A stretch of DNA of 64,000 bases, taken from the NCBI RefSeq assembly GCF_022045235.1, contig NW_027266275.1, forward strand, positions 76,942,001 to 77,006,000. Reading direction: 5' to 3'. This DNA comes from Haliotis cracherodii. Taxonomy: Eukaryota. Made by a program: the position numbers and the translations under genes. A model generated the notes under the pieces. It did no database searches and was not told the origin of the DNA. It was given only the letters and a program-made list of their open reading frames with translations. Shown here piece after piece: positions 29,101-40,500 of the stretch. The number at the start of each line of letters is the position of its first letter. The stretch's first letter is position 1.

Positions 29101-32100
29101 GCCAAGCCAACCAAACAGATCATCTCAATGATATCATTTTGTCCTAAACCCTCCAAGACCCAAGGGAACACACATGTTAACCATCCAAGTTTTAGTCAGA
29201 TGCTTCAACTCTGAAATGGTCCCATGCCAGTAAACAATCTGTACTCTGTTAGCATCAAAGGGTTAATCTACCTTGAGTCCATAATACATGGATCTGTCCA
29301 TTCAATCTTGATATTGGTTCTTACAGACCTGTCCCTTCAAGATGGTGACAAACATCAACATCCTGAAGGATGTTGATGAAGATTGGAAATAGTTGATTAA
29401 TAGCTTCTTGACCAGTGGACTATAAGGCCTGCCCCCCCGGACTCCAATCTCAATAACAATGGAACACTTCATTGCCTTAAGGGGGAATTGAAGGAAATAG
29501 ATCCATTTGACCTTTAAGACTATTTCTTTCAGTTGAATTAAGTTAATATGAAACATGAAAGATGAAACATCAGTCGGGTAACAATGAACAAGCTTTAAAG
29601 ATGATGAAACATCAGATTCTAGTATGAGTTTACTCACGTCTTATCAATATTAAGCAGCCACTCTATAACTGAGTTACCAATAAGCAAGTGTTTCTCTTAC
29701 TCTTTCCCCCCCAAAATGGTACACTTGCAAAACAAAATAATATCAGAAGTAGAAACTAACAGTGTTAATCTACTAAGCCTTATAATGATAACACATAGCA
29801 AAACCCTTAAAAATGGCAAATTTCTACTAGTCCTTATTGGGCAGTTTGGCAAAGACTACAGGACTAGTTCCAATTTCTAATGCTGCCATTTCACTGAGCA
29901 ACAAACTGTTAACAACTTCTACCTCTGATTCACAATGAAGTCATCTCTCTAAGGAAGGTAAAGGTAACTTGTAGACTTATCAACTTAACAAGTATCAACA
30001 AGTATCGCTGCTTTATTTGCTAAGACAATTAAGGTGTAAACCCTGACTCTAAATTAAACTTGCATCATTTTTGGAATCTATTTCTTGACATCCTAGCTTC
30101 CCTATTCCCTAAGAAATCCAAACGTATTGGTCCCTAATGCATTATAGACCACGGGGTCCACATGACCCCAGAAGCCAAGAAGTAACATGACCGTATGAAC
30201 ACATAGAGAATCTCACCCTCGTGTCTTTGATATCAAATATATCAACTCGTGTTGATATATTTGATAGCAAAGACACGAGGGTGAGATTTTATTTATCATC
30301 CAATATCATTCTTCTAACTTTTTCAGTTTGTAGACAGTAATTAGCAGTGTATTAATTAAGTGTAAAAAGTACTGCTAACAGCTTCAGTAGCAGAGCCTGG
30401 ATTAGTGATGTCATTTGAGTGTTACGTCATGGTAACCAATGATGTCACAATGGTCTGCAAAACATTGTGATTCATTGCAGCGATATCTACAATGTTGATA
30501 TCGCTTGATCTCACCCAAGCATATCTCCTGTGGGAGCCAGTTTTGGATGATAAATGCACATAAAATAGAAAGAAGCCAAGCCCAGCATTCTAGGTCCACA
30601 CAGTCCATATATTCATCACACTTGACATATATATTGTTCAAGTTGGCTTGGATATGTTGTCCTACACACAACTACTGTCCCTTCAAAATGGGTTTGAGAG
30701 GCTTTTCAGAGCTATATTCAGTGAAGAACTTGAACCAGCTGCAAGGTATGACACATTGTCTGTCACAAGCACATGAATGATGCATAGAGCAACACTTTAG
30801 TATTCATTCAAAAGAGACACATAACCTGCAATTCTGAAATGTCAGAATAACCTTCTCTAACGTCATTGTTCTGATGAGGTTACATTATAAAGATGGAAGG
30901 CCAAACTGTTCTTTCTCATAGGTATGTAGCGAAAATGCTGTTTTTTCAACTATCTATTTAGCATTGAAAATCTCTTAAATACGAATACGCAAACTATAGG
31001 ACAGTTACTACACTTAATCTTTTACCCTCATCGAAAATATCCGATGACCTCACTCTTTCTGAAAATGTCAACTTTTAGGGTAAGGATAGAATGTCTTCTG
31101 TCAAAACTATCAGAGAGTGAGTGAATCTGAATGTATCGTTCACAAACTGTCATCTATCAAAACATTTAACCACACAAACTGACCTTGAAGACCTTGAAAA
31201 ACAATTATCCCCATCAAAAAGGTTTTTCTTCTCCCCAATTTGGAAAACCAATTTTATAGAACAAGAAATAACGTGTGTTAATAGGTTTTGATGCCTGTTC
31301 CATCCAACCGTTACAACCGCTGGTCTGATAAAGCAAAACAGTTTTGAATGATTAGACATTTTCCCAGGGATTGTTTAGTGATTCAGACAGCAGACTGGAA
31401 TGCCCATAACACTGCTACAGTTTCCGAACATTTCACAGAAAGTTACCTGAGCATGAATATGCCTTCTTTTTCAATACAATTCCCGTTGCCATAGGAACAA
31501 GCATCAATCACAAATCACATGACAGGCTTTTGAGAGATATGTTGAAAAAAATCAAATCAAACTCAAATCATAATGAATCATTGTCCAGGGAATAATTGAA
31601 TCCAATATTGAATTAATCATAAAATGATGCAAGCTAATGTAGCTATGTAGCTATGTACTGTTTCATTTCTACTAACAGACACTTCCGATATAATACTAAA
31701 AATATTTCGCAGAAAATCCTCTTTTCGAAATCAAACTTTGTACAGCAACTCTCCTATTGGTACAGAAACTGTGCTCCCAATTGGTAAAGAATCAATGAAG
31801 TAGCTTTCAAGTTATATGTCTCACAAATGTTGAAGTAAAGAACATATTCTATGTTCAAAACATAAAATACATCATATTTTTCAGAAAAAACACTTATCAA
31901 AATCAAACTTAGCTATGCACCTCTTCTATTAGTATGGAAATTGTTCTCTAAATTTCAAATGAATCTGTAGTTTTCAAGTTATAGGTCACACATATGGTTA
32001 AGTAAAAATATTCTAAGTTAAAACATGAAAAATAGCTGTATTTCTTTAGAAAATTCAAATATTAAAATCAAACTTTGCACTGCACCACTCCTATAGGTAT

Positions 32101-35100
32101 AAAAAGCATGTACCAAGTTTGAAAAGAATCTATCTAGTAATTTATAGGTCACTCAAAAAAGTGTCATCGGAAGGATGGACAGACGGAATTCTTTGGTTTT
32201 ACTGCATACCCAGTCCTAATAGCAGTAGAGTAAGTCGGGCCTTCAGAAACTCGATCTAATAACATTTGTAAAAAATTCCTCTCCTCTCTCATATCCACCA
32301 TAACATGTGTCTTCATTTCTGGAGAATCTGTTCCTAAATACTGTTTGCCAACTCTCCTTAACAACCTCCTTTACCAAGTTTCCAGCAATGAAAGTATGAT
32401 CTAATCTCCAAACAAGGCTACCTCCATCATAAAATATTATCATTTGTGCTTTGGTATCCCGTTATCCAGCAAATCGGCCCTGATTCCACTAAACAAGCCA
32501 TGTGATTTGCATTTCGTCTCAAGTGCGGCACATCAAGTTTGTAATTCTGATTTTATCATGCCAGGTCGCATTTCTCATTTTCCTCTAACATCAAATGCAC
32601 TTATTTGGAAAGGTTCACAGCTGACTAATCATCCAACAAATTGTCAATATCATAAAACATGGAGAAACTACCATGTCCAAGTCTTTACAGTTTCTGATGA
32701 ATGTGATGAAAAAAACGACAGAAGGAGCAATCAGTCAACTTAGCCTAGCAAATAAAGAAAGTTTCAGTATATATCTCTTGTGTTTTTTTGACAAAGCTAA
32801 GCAGTCACTAGTTAATGGTATGAGGTGAAACTAAACCAAGGATCATCTCTGGTGCAGCAAACCATGGTTTGAGACAGGGAGACAGTAAGTGACTTGTGAG
32901 TGAGTTGGGTTTAACACCGCTTAGGACAGTATTCTGGTTATGTCACGACCAGCTTATGAGGGAACAAATCCCAAAGTGATACAGGTCTCAAGACGTTTAC
33001 CACTAGTGTAAGTGACTAGAGCGCAAGTGACTAATGCATAAGTGACTAATGCATGTGACTAATGCATAAGTGACTAGAGAATAAGTGACAAGAGAATAAG
33101 TGACAAAAGCATAAGTGACAAGAGCATAAGTGACAAGAGAATAAGTGACAAGAGCATAAGTGACAAGAGCATAAGTGACAAGAGCATAAGTGACAAGAGA
33201 ATAAGTGACAAGAGCATAAGTGACAAGAGAATAAGTGACAAGAGCATAAGTGACAAGAGCATAAGTGACAAGAGCATAAGTGACTAGAGTATGTGCAGCA
33301 TCATATGTGTTTCCCATAGCATCATGGAATTTTCATGTATTTAGATCAGATTATTTTCAGCAATAATTTGAAAAATCATGGTTCAATCATTAAGGGTTGT
33401 ATAGTAAAATGGATGACAAATACCAGACCATTACATCAATGCAACTGGTGAAAGAAACGTATTTGCTTTCCACAGTCAGTAAAAGGCCAATTTAGACCAT
33501 TTGTCTTCCCATGCCTCCTTTCAAAAGAAACATTTCTTGTGACTGAGATCCAATCCAAACTATCAAGCCTTGTTTAGATTTCATATTTCAATATATGAAC
33601 CTCCAGTGGTATTTCAGTGACACTTTGAAAGAATATTGGAACATAAAACTATATGGTATAGGTTTTCCTGTCTAGACAAGCACTTTATGGTGAAAGTAGG
33701 GCTAGCTCTGTTGCTGTGTTGTAGTAAGACCCTGTCAGGGCTCCAACAAAGGCCCGCTGTTGGGTGTTACTTTACATATCATTGGGAAAAGGTCATTCCA
33801 TGGTTAAACACCATGTGTAGATGGACTCCAATTACTGCCATTGTCATCATGGAGTGACATGGACTGATAATGGAGGACAATTTCATCAAATAAGCCAAGA
33901 CGGCCTTGAACTGCTGCACTTGCAACATGAGTGAGTGAGTGAGTGAGTGAGTGAGTGAGTGAGTGAGTGAGTGAGTGAGTGAGTTTAATGCTGGTTTGAA
34001 CAATATTTCAGTTTTACCACAAAGCATCAGCATCGTGTGGGAGAACTTACTACATCTTAGAAGTGGCAAGGATTCTATTTTTATTTTTTTTATTTTATAT
34101 ATTTTCAAAATTAATGATTAGATATACTGTAAAACATGAAACGCCAACTCCTGAGAAGAATCAGTCTTGATTACCTGCTGAAGCTAATTCCACTGGGAGT
34201 AAAAAGCAAAAAGTGTTGAAACTTATACTAATGGATCACGGAAAATCAGTGATGACACCAGGTGTTCGCAAAAAGGGTAAGCATGTACTACTCTACCAGT
34301 AGCAAAGCAGCAATACTACTAGATGACCTGTAACTGAGACGAGAACAAGCAAACCAATGGTTGATAGTGTGAGCAACAATGCACAGTGTTGTGGTTGCTA
34401 TGATAACCAATCCATCAGGTCATCCCTGAAGGGCACAAACCAAATGATATTCATATTCAGAAGCCATTGTGGCCACCAGATACCCTGTGTCATCTGGAAG
34501 TACAAGCACTAAGTACTGGACAACCAGTCTGCCATGACACCACAAGGAGACAAGCAACAGGGCTAACTCAGTACAAACTCAGAACCAACATAATGAGGCG
34601 AATAATTTCAACAGTAAACAAGGATAAATCTATGGATATAGTCTATTACATACACAAGCAATTGCAACAATGACAATATTTGGTACCAACATAAAAATAA
34701 AATGTTCAAAACACCATTTTTTTAAAGTCTAGTCACGAATAAAGACGGTTTACATACATTTCTATTATAGATTTCTTGGAATTAGCTTTATGTAAACCAG
34801 GCATAAATTTCATTGGTCGAAATTAACCTTTGATGGAAACCGTGAACTCTTCCAAACACTAGAAAGAAGGTATTAACTCTTTCAACACCTTAGGCCGGTA
34901 CACCGGCTAAGTCATAGTCACGTCAAAATAGAATATGATTTTATTAACCTACCTGTCGTATCATTCATTTATTAAATCTATCACATTTCACAATGTCTGA
35001 ATACATATTCCATTTCAATTCATCATTTTGTATCGATAGATTTAAATATTATTCACTATTTCCCGCACTGTTATTGAAAATAACATTCTCGGACACACAC

Positions 35101-37497
35101 TTTGACAAAGGGTCCACATTGAACATGTCAAAGAGCAAAATATAGACGTTTCAAGAAAATCTTTAAATATATTATGCAAAGTAATATATAAAATCGACAA
35201 AATTATATCTAAAAGTTGTCAAACTTACATCTATGTTATTATTTCCATCTTTTCGTGCGATCTCGTGTAATGTAAGTCAAATGACATCTCGGCTTTCATC
35301 GCCTCGATTTCTCAGCTCGGACACAATGTTTAATGCCAAAATATATGCATGAAAAATCTTTGTCACAGCTCATAACATAGCACAATACATCCACGAAGTT
35401 CCATTTTTTAATATAGATCATGATTTCCTGCTTAAAATGTTCAGAATAACACGATTTAACAAAAATCTTTCATCAGAATCTGAAATTCATCATACACAAG
35501 GATGGTACCATAGCCGTAATTTGATTGGCTGCCTCAGGTCACGTGCTCAAATTTGACCAATCACGAACGTGTAGCAGATTTCGGCAAGAAAGCGCCATAG
35601 GAAAGCAATAAAATTGCATGTTACAGCTACAAAAAGACTCTCAAGGAGATCTTACTACCATGAAGATGAAAAAACAAGCTTTCTAGCGATGTGTCATATG
35701 GCAGTCTTTGACGAACGTGTTATTCACAGAGGAATTTCTTCATGTGACTGAGCGGACAGCCGCTGTTATCGGGAAATGGACAATGACAAATGCTATTTAT
35801 AATTCTTTTAAAAATATATTTCCAATTACGAAACAATGAAAATAAAAAAGAAATGAGTGGGTGGATATAACGAAATCTTATAATTGCCAAAAATCATCAA
35901 ATTTTCACTTCCTTGGTCCTCAATCTGGACATTAATTATGTATGTGTTAGCTTACATATTTAAATTTCCACCAAACTTAATTAAGTTGCAAATGCATTAT
36001 TTAAATGATGTGATAAACATAACTTTCATATTTATAAACAATAGCATTAGACCTTTCAAATGGTGTATAACATGTAGTAGAAAAGATGTTTTACAAGCAG
36101 ATATTTTCTTTGATAAATGTTGGCTTCATCTATCTCCCAAGAGTCTCTGGGAACTGGGTGTCACAGCAATAAATGCTTTTGGTTAACTGGTGTTAAAAGA
36201 GTTAATGGGTCATGAATTCACACGGTGAATTCAATGGTGAGCACATGTTTGTCATACACTAAGTTTACTGTAATGATAATAGGATAGTGACTGTTACACA
36301 GCTGTCACTGATTGATCTTGACAAGATATTTGATTCTCCTATGGTTTTCTTTCAGCTGGCTGTAGCAGTTACTTTGTTGTATAGAATCCGTTAATTGTAT
36401 AAATGATGTGATAGTAACGCTGCTGAGTCAGGGCCTTTGAATTATTTTGTCATAATCTTTAGTATGTAATATGCATGTTTGGTATAACAATGTTCTAATT
36501 TATTTCCATGAATTCTTAAAATACTTGTTTAAATTTGTGCCAAAAGCTCTGCAGTCGATTACCCCAAACCTGTCCTTTAAATCATTACCATTTTCAGCAG
36601 ATTCTTATCTAAAGATTTATTATGAACTATTATCAGCTTACTGGACTGGAATAACTCTTCATAAGCATGTGCTTTGGGCCACTAGAGATAGTAGTTTACA
36701 GTTGTTGACTGTTTTTACTTACATTTAAATAGGCCATTCTTCTAGTATTGTTTGCTCACACAATGCATAGATTTCATGTTTGTTTGTTTGTTGACACTGC
36801 ACTCAAATTCAAGCTATATAACAGCTGTGTGAAAATATTGACCAGACAATCCAGTGATTAATATCATGAACATTGATCCACACAATAGCAATCTCATGAC
36901 AAGCATCAATCAAGTCAGCGAGTCTGACCACCTGCCCCAGTTAGTCACCTCTTATGAACAACAAACACGAGTTGCTGAAGACCCATTTTAACACATAACT
37001 TCACGGGGGAGATTTCATATGCAAATATTTGTAAAATTTCCATGGAACATTAAATCAAGTTTGCTATTTTATGCTCTAGTTGTTGTTTTTTTGGCCTTGT
37101 GGATGATATTTCATCCAAAACAATATCACTGATTAATACGACATCATTCAATGAAAGACCCTTGATGAGAATTCGTTCACATAGTCGATTTTACAGTTTG
37201 TAAGAAAACAGGTCAAACATGAAACTCATTGCCTTGAAGTATTACAAGGCAATGGAATATACAGGGATCATAACCATCCCTTAAATTTCAATGTTTAAAA
37301 CTTAAAAAAAGATTGGCCTACCTTCGTTCATTATCATCAAGATGACAGAACAGGACGTTTTTTGAGATGGCTTTAGACAGAGCCGCCATTGTTTTGTAGT
37401 CTTTTGGTACAACCTGAAAATAACAGAATAATTATAAACACTTGAATGAAAACACAAAGCTTTCAGAAGCATTGGTATTGTCTTCTACCGGCACCAC

Positions 37498-37548
<51 letters not shown>

Positions 37549-40500
37549 CCTCAATATTACCTGATACAACTTTAGACTGACAATAGTTCAACTTGAAACT
37601 GGAACGATAGTCGAACATTCAAATGTACACAAATAACATTTCATTTAAAAAATAATTCAGACTTTGAAAATATTTTTCACCAATTTTAACAAACAATAAT
37701 GTTAAAATCAGAGCAACAGACCTCTCTCGCCATTGCAGTATTGGAACTTGGCACAAATTATGTCTGGGTGACAAGGGAAAATGCCAAAGGATCTGTAGGT
37801 GCTATCAGAGAGTTACAGCTTGTTAGTGACCAAGTGGGGTATAAATGCCTTATATACCCCCCAGATCTCATGAATATATAGAGGCAGCGTCTTGGACGAG
37901 ACGCAGTGTCGTTGGGCAGAGAATGAAAGCGAGGTAGTGATTTTCTCTATGATGGTTGACAGTTGATATTGGACTAACAAAAATCAATGTGGTAAGGAAA
38001 TGGCTGGTGACAGAGAACACCGGAAAGGAAGGACACAGGAACAAACTGGAACTGGTAAGCTGGGAGAGGTGGTGGTTTGGTCCGTAATGAAGCACTACCT
38101 ATGATCATCTTGTCAACACCTTTATAAAAATTACATCCAACTTGTTCAATATTCTTCACAACCCATTAGTCATGCACAGATGACCCAATGTCCGGGTTAA
38201 AGCCACTGGACTTGGGACAAGTGCTTAAATGATTTCTGTTGTCTACAAAGGAGTGATTGAACAATAATTTTTTAATTTGAAGTTTACACGATATACGGCT
38301 TTTCCATTGGACGAGAGGTCGGTCACATGATCGCGAAATTGACGTCCATAAGTGTATCAACGACACAATTTGACGTTCATACGTTTTTCACAAGACCGTG
38401 TTCTTGAAATGACATAAACACTGAGGGACTACTTCCACATTCCTGGGGAAACCCCTGGAATTCCCTAGCACGAAAACATACATAAACATTATTTCTGATC
38501 ATTTAGAACCTTAAATCTTGGTGTCAGAATTTTAGTATACATTGAGAAACATAAGAGAGCTTGACTGCATGATTGTTCACGAATTTCCTCGCCACGGCCC
38601 ATCCTAATGAACAAACGAATAAAATGCATATCCAAACTATCGTCAGTATCCACTCGATCTGTGTCTAGGCTGACAGTGATTATCTCCAGCAATCTACGAA
38701 TTTACCTTGGTGTCTGTTTGACGCATCTTTAATCACCTTTCAATAATTGGTCAGTTGATCAATGATGACTAACACATGTAACTGCCACTGGTTCATTAAC
38801 AACTTCGGAAATCCTCCTGTCACGTTTATCGTGTCGGCCATTTTGACGCCTTGTACTTGATGTAAATGTATTACGATGCGCTTTCATTGTGACTGACTTA
38901 CTGAGGTAGTTCATTAAAGACCTTTCTCATCTAATGGGGATATTATATGAACACATGTGTTGCGTAAGATGTTTCTGAAGAGCAAGTTCTGCATCCATTC
39001 GCTCATGTCACCTCTCTTTCTAGGGAACTATTTTATTCCGCGATATAGCTGCTTGTTGTTTGGCTGTCAGTGTAAACATGCAGTCACATGTACTAAATAA
39101 TAAAATTGTGTTTAGATCTTGGCCTACATCCTTTGAGGTAAGAAATTGTGATAAAAAAGTATAAGAATTGACCTTCACTTTGTCGACGTCGCAAGCTCCG
39201 ACGTTCATACAGTTTGGCCCTCACTCTGTGAAGGTTCATACTCCAATGAACTCACACAAAGTGAAGGTCAATTCTTAATTGAACAAATGTGATATCGAAC
39301 TATTTGTCTCAAAAATACATTATGTTGATCATGGACACTTACAATGAATCATATTATTGGGAAATCTATCAATCATCTATTATAGTCCATCATCAGAAAC
39401 TCACCTACTACAGCTACAACATCTTATCATCAGGCCTTGGCTATTGCAATATGTCTTCTTACATGAGTTACTTACATGAGTTTGGGTGAGTGAGTGAGTG
39501 AGTGAGGGTGGGTTTAGGTGAGTGAGTAAGTGAGTGAGGGTGGGTGGGTGGGTTTGGGCAGGTGGTTTGGTGAGTGAGTGAGTGAGTGATCTAAGCCAGG
39601 CAAACCAGTGTTTGATAGCATGAGTAAGTTAGTGAGTATGGTTTAATTTATGTGGGTGGGTTTAGGTGAGTGATTGAGTGAGTGAGTGATTGAGAGATTG
39701 AGAGAGTGAGTGAGTGAGTGTTAAGCCAGGCAAACCAGCATTTGATAGCATGAGTGAGTGAGTATGGTTTGACTCTGCTTTAAGCAATATTCTAGCAATA
39801 TCACAACTGGGGACACCAGAAATGGGTGGGTTTGAGTTAGTGAGTGAGGGTGGGTGGCTTTGAGTAAGTGAGAGAGAGTGGTGGATTTGGGTGGGTGAGT
39901 GAATGAGGGTGGGTTTAGGTGAGAAACGAACCCAGGTCTTCAGCATGACGAGCGAACGCTTTAACCACTAGGCTACCCAACCGCCCCTTTTGATAGCATG
40001 AGTAACGATCTACACTGTTGGGATATGAGGACACAGTGCAACCATCCAATCATCAGTTAATGCTTGACACAAACCTGAGGTTCCCCTGGCATTTTCATCT
40101 CTTGAATTCCCACAAGGTGTGTATTGGATGAGACTGGTTCAAGAGTCTGATTATGAATAGTCCTTCTTGGAATAATCTGGTTTTCTTATTACACATCAAG
40201 CCTCAAAGTTACGACTGGAATGGTCGCCAATGCGACCTAAATTTCAATTTGTCTACTGTCTTAAATTCAAAGTTAGCCAAATGACTACCTTGAAAAATAT
40301 CTTATGGAGACTAACTTCTATTGCTACACATATGTTACTAACTGTACTCGCAAATAATTCCTCCTAAAGTCAACAATGAACCAAAACACATAAATATCAA
40401 TGCAATTAGTATTGTATTTTAGTTGATAGTTTATTGGATAAGCAAGGATATACCTAGATAATCTAGTAACATAAACTGCATCATTGTTTGAGTCACAAAT

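Noticed and set aside
11592-37321. Duplicated mutually exclusive exons in the large introns
   Set aside because: No second copy of DIFDAM, GDNFY or GELAL motifs noticed by eye; a translated search would be needed to exclude diverged ones.
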